DNA of 64,000 nt from Escherichia phage JS98. Of the stretch, positions 27,564 through 35,887 are shown piece after piece. The position numbers were made by a program, and so were the translations under genes. The stretch lies in sequence record NC_010105.1; one strand, given 5' to 3'. Below the pieces are notes generated by a model. That model did no database searches and was not told the DNA's origin. It saw only the letters and a list, made by a program, of their open reading frames with translations. The first letter of the stretch is position 1; the number at the start of each line of letters is the position of its first letter.

Positions 27564-28160
27564 TTAATTACCACGGGCTGCATTAGCAACGGCGTAAGCG
27601 TACTGAATATTAGCGTCTTTAAACGTACCTTTAGAGGTATCTAGTTCTGCCTTAAAGCCGGCCTTAGTCATAACATCGGCAAATTCTTTACGGAAAGCCA
27701 TTGTATCAAGACCTTTCCATGCTGATTTATGCTTGGCAAATTCAAGACCAGCGAAGTTGACTGCTTTAGCCAATTTATTATCAATAGTCCATTTACCTGC
27801 TTTAGGTACAAATACCGGACCTTTCTGTTTAGAGAACAGTTTTAAATTCCAGCGACGAAGGTCGCCGTCGGCTTTAACAAAAGCTGCGTCCAAGTTACTA
27901 GCAACAACATCTTGAATATGGCCAAATTTAAGCCCATCAGCTTCAATATTTAGGTCGTTACGCCAGCGAAGTCCTTCCCAGGCGAAAGCTTTAAAGTCGG
28001 AAGCTTTTGTAGCTAAATACCGTTCAATAGGAGCTGTTTTAGCGTCAAAGCCGTTTCCTGGGTTGTCAACGCCGTTTCCTCGGTAGGTCCACTCATCTTT
28101 ATTAATGCCTTTGACCTTTCCTGCAGTAGCTTCGGCGATAAATTCTTTATACGTTTTCAT
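27564..28160 (-). CDS. ipIII: internal protein III-like
   Basis: MKTYKEFIAEA leader, 198 aa basic protein, position next to e as in T4. Confidence 0.6.
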   Translation of the reverse strand: MKTYKEFIAEATAGKVKGINKDEWTYRGNGVDNPGNGFDAKTAPIERYLATKASDFKAFAWEGLRWRNDLNIEADGLKFGHIQDVVASNLDAAFVKADGDLRRWNLKLFSKQKGPVFVPKAGKWTIDNKLAKAVNFAGLEFAKHKSAWKGLDTMAFRKEFADVMTKAGFKAELDTSKGTFKDANIQYAYAVANAARGN

Positions 28161-28209
28161 ACGGGTCCTTCAAATGTAAATATTTAATTAGTCTGTTCAA
28201 GTAACTGTA

Positions 28210-28241
28210 GATATACTATCACAATTCTAGGAGATGTAAAC
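28210..28241 (-). promoter_or_regulatory. early promoter (GTTTACA -35, TGataGTATAT -10) of the conserved family
   Basis: Minus-strand AGTTTACATCTCCTAGAATTGTGATAGTATATC upstream of ipIII. Confidence 0.45.
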
Positions 28242-28246
28242 TGCTT

Positions 28247-28735
28247 TTATCTATAAGCAGCCCAAGTACCTGTTTTAAAGGTGGCAATAACACGCTTGGC
28301 ACGATTCGGGGTTTGCTTGTACCAACGAGACTGCGCCAGGTTAACTGCGGCATCATCCCAACGTTTCTGTTGGAGCATACGCAGAGAGTTGGTAAATCCT
28401 GCTACACCAGCTTCGCCCATTTGGAAGACCATATTAATCAATGCGCAACGACGAACTTCGTCCAACACATCATAAACCGGTTTCAATTTAGGATTGCGCA
28501 TTATAGCTCTACGAGCATTTTCCACTGAACGATTAAAGAGCTGTTCAGCTTCAGCCATAGTAATACGACCATTACAAACTCGACCCATAAGCTTATCAAG
28601 TTCAGCGCGAGCAACATCTTTAGATGGGTTCTTGGTAACTAACTGGCCTATACCAATAGTCCAATAACCTTCAGTGTCTTTATAAAGATTTAAATCAAGA
28701 CCTTCGTCTTGACGTAACATATCAAAAATATCCAT
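28247..28735 (-). CDS. e: lysozyme (endolysin) gpe
   Basis: 162 aa; [32 protein letters not shown]...; catalytic Glu11/Asp20 context conserved; colinear with T4 lysozyme. Confidence 0.95.
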   Translation of the reverse strand: MDIFDMLRQDEGLDLNLYKDTEGYWTIGIGQLVTKNPSKDVARAELDKLMGRVCNGRITMAEAEQLFNRSVENARRAIMRNPKLKPVYDVLDEVRRCALINMVFQMGEAGVAGFTNSLRMLQQKRWDDAAVNLAQSRWYKQTPNRAKRVIATFKTGTWAAYR

Positions 28736-28758
28736 AATTACCTCCTGATTATAGGAGG

Positions 28759-28766
28759 TATTTATA
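28759..28766 (-). promoter_or_regulatory. late promoter TATAAATA for gene e, inside an RBS-sequestering inverted repeat
   Basis: Minus-strand GATATAAATACCTCCTATAATCAGGAGGTAATTATG; CCTCC...AGGAGG hairpin encloses the RBS. Confidence 0.6.
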
Positions 28767-29216
28767 TCAAAAGAGCGAATCTAAAACCTTAAACATCGAC
28801 GGGCCCATGACATATTCCCATTGCGGACGTTTAATCAAAGCGAAAGCGTCGAATTCCGGAATCGTACGACCATCAGGGAACGTATGGTAAGCTGTACATT
28901 TGCAATTCTTGAACTGCTCGTGTTCGACAGGCACAGTATATAAGAACAGGTGTAGATTCTTATTGCTTGAATATTTGAACTCACCTAGGTCTTTCAGGAA
29001 CGCAGGGTCGTATGCCGTGAATCCAATCTCTTCTTCGGTTTCACGCATTGCTGCTTGAATAGGCTCTTCACCTGGTTCGACATGACCTTTAGGAATGTCC
29101 CATTTATGACGCATGTTCTCTGGATTACGAGAGCCTGTTACACGACCCATAACCAATTCTTTATCGGCGGTCATGAACAAAATACCAGCAGATAGTTCTT
29201 TCACTTTCTTACTCAT
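28767..29216 (-). CDS. nudE: Nudix hydrolase NudE
   Basis: Start at MSKKVKELS (ATG 29214-29216); Nudix box [22 protein letters not shown]. Confidence 0.75.
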   Translation of the reverse strand: MSKKVKELSAGILFMTADKELVMGRVTGSRNPENMRHKWDIPKGHVEPGEEPIQAAMRETEEEIGFTAYDPAFLKDLGEFKYSSNKNLHLFLYTVPVEHEQFKNCKCTAYHTFPDGRTIPEFDAFALIKRPQWEYVMGPSMFKVLDSLF

Positions 29217-29445
29217 CGTCTCGTTCCCATGATTGTTTAAAGATATCTCGTATAATAATTTCAACACATGTTTCTGTTGACGGACTTTCACTATCAGATA
29301 TTTGGACCATATAATCAGAAATAGGTCGGAACAAATCCAAGTCACTTTCTAAATCTTCTTTGATTTTCTCTTCTGATGTCCCGGTGTCATAGGAATACAG
29401 ATAAGAATCGCATGACTCGGATTTAATATAAATCGCAATACTCAT
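29209..29445 (-). CDS. hypothetical acidic protein (78 aa)
   Basis: Intact ORF. Confidence 0.4.
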   Translation of the reverse strand: MSIAIYIKSESCDSYLYSYDTGTSEEKIKEDLESDLDLFRPISDYMVQISDSESPSTETCVEIIIRDIFKQSWERDDE

Positions 29446-30029
29446 TTACGGCATTCCTCAATAAAAGAGTTTAATGTATTTTTCTTAGTGATATCGTCAT
29501 ATACCTTTTTAACTTTAGAAATACGAAAAGGTACTTCAATAACTGCAGTCCATAAAAATGATGCGATAAGTCCTAAGATAGCCGCAGACATCGCTGAAGC
29601 AAATAGCGTAATAGGCAGGTCATTATCCGTTGTCAGGAAAAACCCTAGGAGTGGGAAAAATAATATCCCCATCCAAACATAGAACCTAGAACTCACTAAT
29701 TTGTCGTATTCATCACTCCATGTACGAAAGCCGTATTTTTTGCTATAACAAATCAATGGGTCTGGTGTCTGTTCTTTATGGGGTTCCGGTTGCCAACCAT
29801 TTACGATATAGCCCATTTTATATTCCTCAATTAAAAGTTGTTTCATTTCAGCAGTACAACCCGACCAATCTATTGTACTGGCTGAAATTCCTTCATCGCC
29901 ATCATCAATATTTCGCCATGACTTTTTAATAATCATATTCTCACCACTTGGGATAATGATTCCGGCATTTTCGGGCCGACGGATGAAGTTTACATCAACA
30001 CCCATACAACCCGGTTCATAAAGGGCCAT
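29442..30029 (-). CDS. membrane protein (195 aa; soluble N-domain, C-terminal TM helices)
   Basis: Hydrophobic segments FYVWMGILFFPLLGFFL and LFASAMSAAILGLIASFLWTAVI. Confidence 0.45.
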   Translation of the reverse strand: MALYEPGCMGVDVNFIRRPENAGIIIPSGENMIIKKSWRNIDDGDEGISASTIDWSGCTAEMKQLLIEEYKMGYIVNGWQPEPHKEQTPDPLICYSKKYGFRTWSDEYDKLVSSRFYVWMGILFFPLLGFFLTTDNDLPITLFASAMSAAILGLIASFLWTAVIEVPFRISKVKKVYDDITKKNTLNSFIEECRK

Positions 30030-30715
30030 TACCAGCCCTCCATAGGGAATTCCAGATATACTTGGGCATTAACGCGGATTTCATTTGTAATCTTTTTAAC
30101 ACGGTCTGTATTACGAGACACACGACCAAACCAGCGCCAGCCATTACTTACTGCACGAGAACCTGTATGCCATGTCTGCCAATCAAACTGGAGCAATGTG
30201 CGGTCAGGAGCATCCCACTTGGTTAATTCATTAGACTCAATTTTTTCCAGAACTTCTTTATGCCACTGGCGATAGATAAGTTCGCCTTCAGGAATCTGGC
30301 TAAATTGTACAGTTCCGGTTGCAAAATAAGTAGGACACACATCAGCGTTAACAAGACCAAGAATATGTTCAGAATGGTATCGAGGATTATCATAATCAGG
30401 TTGCCCTGCAGTAATAAAGTGTTGACCAACTGGAATATCCGGACGCGGTACATCATCATGGTGATAACCTGGGATAGCAGGATACCAACCAGGCATAAGC
30501 ATATGAACTCGAGAATCAAATACAACCTGGTCGGTGTTCCAATCGTCCGGCAGGTTCATGATGAAGCTGCGAGTAATAGGACCACCGTTATCAAAAGCGA
30601 AGGCCAACGAACTGTTGAAGAACATAGTTTCGTTTTTGATTTTATCGTTAGAAATTTTACCGGCAAAACTACCTACTGCACGAGCTTGAGAATTAAAAGT
30701 TTTCGGGCTGTTCAT
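30029..30715 (-). CDS. hypothetical protein (228 aa); possible Fe(II)/2-oxoglutarate oxygenase-like (HxD...H...R)
   Basis: GYHHDD then about 100 aa later WHTGSRAVS...R; motif-level guess only. Confidence 0.45.
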   Translation of the reverse strand: MNSPKTFNSQARAVGSFAGKISNDKIKNETMFFNSSLAFAFDNGGPITRSFIMNLPDDWNTDQVVFDSRVHMLMPGWYPAIPGYHHDDVPRPDIPVGQHFITAGQPDYDNPRYHSEHILGLVNADVCPTYFATGTVQFSQIPEGELIYRQWHKEVLEKIESNELTKWDAPDRTLLQFDWQTWHTGSRAVSNGWRWFGRVSRNTDRVKKITNEIRVNAQVYLEFPMEGW

Positions 30716-30729
30716 AATATTTTCCTCAA

Positions 30730-30942
30730 TTACTTTTTGTTGAAAAAGTACATTTTACCTTTAGGGGATAAGGATACACGAAGTGCGTTACCGATACCAA
30801 CTGAACATTTAACCAGGTCAGCAGATTTCAATTCACCAAATGCTTGACGAAGGTCACCGTCACGAGTGTTAACCATCAGGCATTTAGCACCAGCTGCACG
30901 AACTTCGTTTAACATGTTGATTGCTTGGTTAGAAAGTTTCAT
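30730..30942 (-). CDS. hypothetical protein (70 aa)
   Basis: Start at MKLSNQAIN (ATG 30940-30942) after GGAGAA RBS; ORF-track N-extension runs through the promoter. Confidence 0.4.
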   Translation of the reverse strand: MKLSNQAINMLNEVRAAGAKCLMVNTRDGDLRQAFGELKSADLVKCSVGIGNALRVSLSPKGKMYFFNKK

Positions 30943-30970
30943 TTTATTCTCCATTTCACTCTGTTGTTTT

Positions 30971-31008
30971 GATAGGTCTATAGTATCACACCTATAGACC
31001 TTGTATAC
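30971..31008 (-). promoter_or_regulatory. conserved early-promoter cassette (PeSL-like)
   Basis: Minus-strand GTATACAAGGTCTATAGGTGTGATACTATAGACCTATCAAAACAACAG. Confidence 0.5.
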
Positions 31009-31020
31009 TGTTTTATGCAA

Positions 31021-31980
31021 TTATTTTGTGAAAGGACGAATTAAATGTTGGTTATCTTGGAACCGCTTGATGTAGTCATTTTCACCTAGCGTCTTATACA
31101 TATTCACTACAGCTTGGTAGTTTTCCCAGGCATACTCGCGGAACCAGCCTGAAGTGATTGAGGTACACACTTTCTCAAGAGCCATATAGAAACTTAACGA
31201 TGGTGAAATATTGAAGTCATTAGGAACCTGTGAACGTTCTAGGGCCAACACACAAGTTTCTTCATATACGCCAGCCAGTTTAATAGCTTCAGGCAAAGCT
31301 TCAAACTTCTCGCGTGAGGTCATGACTTCAGAACCGTCTTTCATATAAAAGGTATACGCTGGGCGTCCAGCCAATGCCACAGCTTCATGGATAGAGTCAT
31401 GGTCTAATGTATAAATGGTATCATTAAAGAACGATGATTTGTTTACATCCAATTTAGGATGAGAATAGCTCAACGTTTCTTTCTGGCGTTGCAGCATGAT
31501 TTCTTGGAGCTCTTCATTCAAGGTTACACCTTTATTACGAAGATATTTGATGTGGGACATCGTCTTCAAAAAGAACGGGTTGTTCTTCAAATAACGATGG
31601 CTCATTTTGATGGCCAGACAGATATCAGGTGTGGCCCAATAGAAACCCGTAAGACGGTCCTTTTTAATATGATTTTCGGCATATTTCAGGAGACGATAAC
31701 TTGAGGTGAAATCTTCGTCCTGAAGCTCGCCGGTGATTTCTCGTACGTTAGTCAGGGCACGGACGATATAAGCTTCAAAATAGGTTTCTTTACCATTGTA
31801 CATACATTTAAAGGCCTGGACATCAGGATTATCCACAGGAACATGGGCACCGAACATCCGAGCTTTAAAGTGATTCCACGAGCCTTGGTCGGCAATAAAA
31901 TCCCAATCAGAATTTTCGATATACTTACTTTCAATCAGACCAGCGTGGTGCAGTGCACGAGAACCAATAACTAGCATCAT
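31021..31980 (-). CDS. hypothetical protein (319 aa) with N-terminal GS...DxD nucleotidyltransferase-like motif
   Basis: GSRALHHAGLIESKYIENSDWDF near N-terminus; GAGGAAAAT RBS. Confidence 0.45.
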   Translation of the reverse strand: MMLVIGSRALHHAGLIESKYIENSDWDFIADQGSWNHFKARMFGAHVPVDNPDVQAFKCMYNGKETYFEAYIVRALTNVREITGELQDEDFTSSYRLLKYAENHIKKDRLTGFYWATPDICLAIKMSHRYLKNNPFFLKTMSHIKYLRNKGVTLNEELQEIMLQRQKETLSYSHPKLDVNKSSFFNDTIYTLDHDSIHEAVALAGRPAYTFYMKDGSEVMTSREKFEALPEAIKLAGVYEETCVLALERSQVPNDFNISPSLSFYMALEKVCTSITSGWFREYAWENYQAVVNMYKTLGENDYIKRFQDNQHLIRPFTK

Positions 31981-31992
31981 AATATTTTCCTC

Positions 31993-32162
31993 ATTAATAA
32001 AGACGAGTTACTTCATATTTACCCAGTTCAGATTTTTTTGCTTCAATACGCGTTGCGGCTAGATTAGCAGCCTCTAGTGAAGAAAATTGGACCACTTGGG
32101 AAGTATTCTGCCTTACACCACCTTGTGGGTGAGTAACAAAAACAATAAGAACATTATACATA
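31993..32162 (-). CDS. hypothetical small protein (56 aa)
   Basis: MYNVLIVFVTHPQGGVRQ... with GAGGAAAATATT RBS; below ORF-track cutoff. Confidence 0.3.
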
Positions 32163-32182
32163 ATATTTTCCTCAGAGTAAAC

Positions 32183-32422
32183 TTAAATTTCAGCAACGTA
32201 ATCGTTATGCAATTCCCACATATCATCAGAATTATTCTTAATGATAGGAATTATCTCATTAGAGATTTCTTCTGCATAAGGGTCATTGATACAGTGGGCA
32301 TCTTCAAAACGAACACCGTAATCAGACTTCTTATAGGCAAAGCCATAAATCTTTTTAAACTTAGCACGACTAATTCGTACCGGCTCATCAGACTTATCAG
32401 ACAGCGGAGAGTAATACCACAT
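32183..32422 (-). CDS. hypothetical protein (79 aa)
   Basis: Intact ORF. Confidence 0.4.
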   Translation of the reverse strand: MWYYSPLSDKSDEPVRISRAKFKKIYGFAYKKSDYGVRFEDAHCINDPYAEEISNEIIPIIKNNSDDMWELHNDYVAEI

Positions 32423-32466
32423 AGTGTTCTCCTCATGTTGGTGTACGGTAATAGTATCACGGTTTT

Positions 32467-32811
32467 CTAGAGTTGTACATCACTTCTACAATATTCTAAA
32501 AATAATTTATCGTTGTCTACTGTATCCCAACGTCGCCAAGATGGATTCCAGACCAAAGCGTTGTCACCACAATCATTGAGCTTAAAATGGTCATAGTACA
32601 TAGCTATGTGTCTAGTCTCGTCACCAGAGAACCCTAGTATAGGCTCGCCGTGGGTATGATACATATGATGGTGCATTGAGAGGTCGCATTTATAAAACAT
32701 CTCACGTTTACCACGGACGAACAAGAAAGCTTGCCCATTCATATAGAATTCTTTATCCGTTTTCAAAAGGTATTTGAATACTGAATCTTTATGCATAAGT
32801 CCTCCTACCAC
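32467..32811 (-). CDS. hypothetical His-rich protein (114 aa)
   Basis: HHHMYHTH cluster. Confidence 0.4.
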   Translation of the reverse strand: MVGGLMHKDSVFKYLLKTDKEFYMNGQAFLFVRGKREMFYKCDLSMHHHMYHTHGEPILGFSGDETRHIAMYYDHFKLNDCGDNALVWNPSWRRWDTVDNDKLFLEYCRSDVQL

Positions 32812-32826
32812 ATCCTTGTGGTTAAA

Positions 32827-33054
32827 TTATTTTCCTAACGAAATACGAGTAGGTTTTTTGCCAAAATATTCTTCATAAGAACCATCTAAACGACCTGCTT
32901 TAGACCGACAATACGAATCGTACTTTTTGTAATAAGTCATCTCAGTATTATAACGCGGGTGTCTATCGGCCATAATAATACTTAACGGCCAACCTTTGGC
33001 ATAATCACGAAGACCGTTTATTTTACGAATGTATCTTTTCTTTAATTTTAGCAT
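32827..33054 (-). CDS. hypothetical basic protein (75 aa)
   Basis: Intact ORF. Confidence 0.4.
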   Translation of the reverse strand: MLKLKKRYIRKINGLRDYAKGWPLSIIMADRHPRYNTEMTYYKKYDSYCRSKAGRLDGSYEEYFGKKPTRISLGK

Positions 33055-33272
33055 GAGCTCGGGTACCAGATTTTACCATCGGGACGAGCAACGAAGGTGC
33101 GACCAGCTTCTTCGCCGTAACAAGAGCTATTCAGCCAATCTTCAAGACGAACTTCACCATCGTAATCGTCTAACTCAACACCAAAACTTTGAGCAGAAGC
33201 CATATCTTTTACTTTCTTATACAGGGCAGCCAGTTCAAGAGCAGCTTTTTCTAATTCATCAATATCAGTCAT
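33048..33272 (-). CDS. WSSS-C tail family paralog 1 (74 aa), ends WYPSSC
   Basis: Acidic helical protein; internal WLNSSC and terminal WYPSSC. Confidence 0.5.
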   Translation of the reverse strand: MTDIDELEKAALELAALYKKVKDMASAQSFGVELDDYDGEVRLEDWLNSSCYGEEAGRTFVARPDGKIWYPSSC

Positions 33273-33282
33273 TTTTTATTCC

Positions 33283-33492
33283 TTAGCAAGACATAGAGGA
33301 GCTAAACCAGAAACCTTCACCTTCTGGGATACCGTAGTCATCACGGACCCATTCGTAATCATCATATTCCGGACTAGAAGCCGGAATATATTCTTCGCCA
33401 CCAGCGTGGAAGTGCTGACCTGTTTCGTCAGCCACGGACTGGCCTTTACGTACTAATTCACGGATTTGTTTTTCGATTTCATCAATAGTCAT
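33283..33492 (-). CDS. WSSS-C tail family paralog 2 (69 aa), ends WFSSSMSC
   Basis: Shared C-terminal motif. Confidence 0.5.
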   Translation of the reverse strand: MTIDEIEKQIRELVRKGQSVADETGQHFHAGGEEYIPASSPEYDDYEWVRDDYGIPEGEGFWFSSSMSC

Positions 33493-33501
33493 TTTATTAC
33501 C

Positions 33502-33699
33502 TTAGCATTCGTAAGAGGATGATACCCAAGAGGTACCACTAATAGTAATACAACCGTTATAAAGCGTGATATGTCGTTCTAAGTCACGAACACCATCGAT
33601 ATAGATATCAGCTTCTTCGCGTTCTTCTTTACAAATCTGGATAACGTTTTCAATAGCTGCGGCGGCAGTACGGATTGCACAATCTAATTCACGAGACAT
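33502..33699 (-). CDS. WSSS-C tail family paralog 3 (65 aa), ends WVSSSYEC
   Basis: Shared C-terminal motif. Confidence 0.5.
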   Translation of the reverse strand: MSRELDCAIRTAAAAIENVIQICKEEREEADIYIDGVRDLERHITLYNGCITISGTSWVSSSYEC

Positions 33700-33708
33700 A
33701 ATATTTCC

Positions 33709-33990
33709 TTAACATTCAGAAGAAGAGGACACCCAACCACCATTTTCCAGGTCAGTTGTATAGTCATGAGTATTAACAATAGCCCATTCAGGATGACCAT
33801 CTTCTTCCCAATGGGCAAGGTCAGCTTTCAAGGCACCAGGAGAATAATAGTCACCGCCCATACCGCGAGCAGGGTATATATTAAAATGAGTCTCATATTT
33901 GTCTGCAATTTCCTCGGCACGACGAATAGCTTCATGAATTTCTTTTACTGCGGCCAGAAGCTCTGGGTTGTTATGATTATCATTCATCAT
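33709..33990 (-). CDS. WSSS-C tail family paralog 4 (93 aa), ends GGWVSSSSEC
   Basis: Shared C-terminal motif. Confidence 0.5.
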   Translation of the reverse strand: MMNDNHNNPELLAAVKEIHEAIRRAEEIADKYETHFNIYPARGMGGDYYSPGALKADLAHWEEDGHPEWAIVNTHDYTTDLENGGWVSSSSEC

Positions 33991-33999
33991 AGCTTTTCC

Positions 34000-34290
34000 T
34001 TAGCACATTGCTGAAGAGGAGACCCAGGCACCAACTGTAACGACACCGTTTTCAACTTCACCGCCATTGTTTTCAATTTCATCTTTAAACCACTGGGAGC
34101 ATTCATAACCAACAGGGTAGTATGTACGTCCTGAGCCATAATCACCTGTTCCGAATTGAATACCATACTTATCGGCAATAGCTTCACATTTGTGTTCGAT
34201 GATATCCACTTTATTCAGAAGAGCATAGATAGCCTTTTCTGCAGATTTCTCGTCGTTGTATTCAGGGATTTCAATTTCAATTTTATTCAT
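34000..34290 (-). CDS. WSSS-C tail family paralog 5 (96 aa), ends GAWVSSSAMC
   Basis: Shared C-terminal motif plus internal YECSQWF. Confidence 0.5.
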   Translation of the reverse strand: MNKIEIEIPEYNDEKSAEKAIYALLNKVDIIEHKCEAIADKYGIQFGTGDYGSGRTYYPVGYECSQWFKDEIENNGGEVENGVVTVGAWVSSSAMC

Positions 34291-34640
34291 GATTTACATT
34301 CCTTAATAAAGGTTTCAAGGTCATTACGGTTGGTTTGTTTTACATACTCATTATAATTAGCCATCTCTAAAGCATATCTCTTACGGATGGGAGCATTCAA
34401 AGCATTTGTATGGCAAATATCATACACGAGAGGGATAAAATAAGCCACGACGGCCGGAGCGATTATCATATAGAAACCCATCTCAATAGGCATGACTCCT
34501 TCGATTGCAGCCATAACTGTGGTCATTACCAGACCAACCAGACCGCCGAGCATACCTGTGACAATTCCCGTGAATAAGGAAATAGCAATATCATATTCAG
34601 CCAATTGATAAACATGCGATGAAAGACTAGGCCGTTCCAT
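34287..34640 (-). CDS. membrane protein (about 117 aa, 2-3 TM helices)
   Basis: Hydrophobic segments GIVTGMLGGLVGLVMTTVMAAI and FYMIIAPAVVAYFIPLV. Confidence 0.45.
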   Translation of the reverse strand: MERPSLSSHVYQLAEYDIAISLFTGIVTGMLGGLVGLVMTTVMAAIEGVMPIEMGFYMIIAPAVVAYFIPLVYDICHTNALNAPIRKRYALEMANYNEYVKQTNRNDLETFIKECKS

Positions 34641-35169
34641 TTTGAACCTCTTTAGCGTATTCACGGCATTCAGCAATAAAACGATTAAGCTTCCGTTGTT
34701 GTTTACGACTTTCTAATGTGTACTCAGCAGTTAAGATACCAAGCTCGGCTTTATCATAATTTTTAATATCGGTGTAAGATGGCCGACGGTCGACCATTCC
34801 AAATACATCACCATTTTCTAAAGCCACATAGCATACTAAATGGTAATCATCGTCTGCCATATTAAGAAGCACACAATCATTGCTCTCATTTAAAGAATAT
34901 ACTGAATAACGTAGTCCAGCGAATTCCACTCGTTGAATAGCCAGATTTACGTCAATAATTTCCAAAGCATCTTCAAAAGAAAGGTCTTCAGCTAAAGCAA
35001 AAATAAAAGGTAATTTGGTAGTATCGCCACGGCTAGATGTTCTGCTTAAGAAATCGTTTGAATAGCCTAGGTCTTGGCGAATTCTATAAAGAACTGAATT
35101 GGTTTCATGGGAAAGACCACTATTTTTAAACCAATCAATATTTGATATAAGGTTATCATATAAACTCAT
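34627..35169 (-). CDS. hypothetical protein (180 aa)
   Basis: Intact ORF; first gene after terminator hairpin. Confidence 0.45.
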   Translation of the reverse strand: MSLYDNLISNIDWFKNSGLSHETNSVLYRIRQDLGYSNDFLSRTSSRGDTTKLPFIFALAEDLSFEDALEIIDVNLAIQRVEFAGLRYSVYSLNESNDCVLLNMADDDYHLVCYVALENGDVFGMVDRRPSYTDIKNYDKAELGILTAEYTLESRKQQRKLNRFIAECREYAKEVQNGTA

Positions 35170-35193
35170 AATATTCTCCTCTCCTCCAAATAG

Positions 35194-35210
35194 GGAGACC
35201 GAAGTCTCCC
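35194..35210 (-). terminator. terminator-like hairpin GGGAGAC-TTCG-GTCTCCC (weak U-run)
   Basis: Perfect 7-bp stem directly after the stop of 35218-35811. Confidence 0.4.
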
Positions 35211-35217
35211 GGTAACA

Positions 35218-35811
35218 TTACTTAAGTGAATTAATGTAGTCTTCGATATCGGCTGAAGTCGTGTCCATTCCAACTTGTGGGCCTTTAAACGTTTCTACAC
35301 GCAGCAGAGTATCTTCAATATCAATCTTAGTCAGTGCAGCTATTTCAACCACATCATCGGCAGTAGCAATACCAAGGGCGGCCATATTACGAGTTTCACG
35401 GATGTACTCGAGCTTAACAGCCAGTTCCTGACGAGAGTCATCAAGTTCCTTGACCTTCAGTTTAATTTCATTACGCATTTCGATATAATCGTCAGCTTTC
35501 TTACGAAGTTGAGTGGCTGTACGACGATAAAGGAGGCCGAGTTTAGCATGTACCTGAACATCGGCGCCTTCGGCAATCAGTTTACGAATTTCGCGTTCTT
35601 TAGAAGCAGCCAGTTGGTCTTTTTCATTTGCCAATGCACGAATGCGTTTTTCTTCATTCACAGACTTAACATGAGCAGTCTGGAGTTCGGTAATTTTATC
35701 AATCAGGGTAGAAGCAGCTTTAGTATACTGGTCTTCGATTGACAGGTTCTGAGTCATTGCGGTACCCAGTTTAGAACGGATGAACTCAACAATTTTCTTT
35801 AAAGTATTCAT
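35218..35811 (-). CDS. coiled-coil protein (about 197 aa); possible PspA/IM30-like
   Basis: Start at [14 protein letters not shown] (ATG 35809-35811); long heptad-like helices; PspA likeness is impressionistic. Confidence 0.45.
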   Translation of the reverse strand: MNTLKKIVEFIRSKLGTAMTQNLSIEDQYTKAASTLIDKITELQTAHVKSVNEEKRIRALANEKDQLAASKEREIRKLIAEGADVQVHAKLGLLYRRTATQLRKKADDYIEMRNEIKLKVKELDDSRQELAVKLEYIRETRNMAALGIATADDVVEIAALTKIDIEDTLLRVETFKGPQVGMDTTSADIEDYINSLK

Positions 35812-35854
35812 AGTATTTCCTTCAGTCGGTTGGTATTTTGTAATCCATGAGGAC

Positions 35855-35884
35855 ATTATACCCTGTCCTCTGAGGGTTGTAAAC
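35855..35884 (-). promoter_or_regulatory. early promoter (GTTTACA -35, 17-bp spacer, TATAAT -10) with inverted repeat GAGGAC/GTCCTC around the -10
   Basis: Minus-strand TGTTTACAACCCTCAGAGGACAGGGTATAATGTCCTCATGG. Confidence 0.55.
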
Positions 35885-35887
35885 ATT

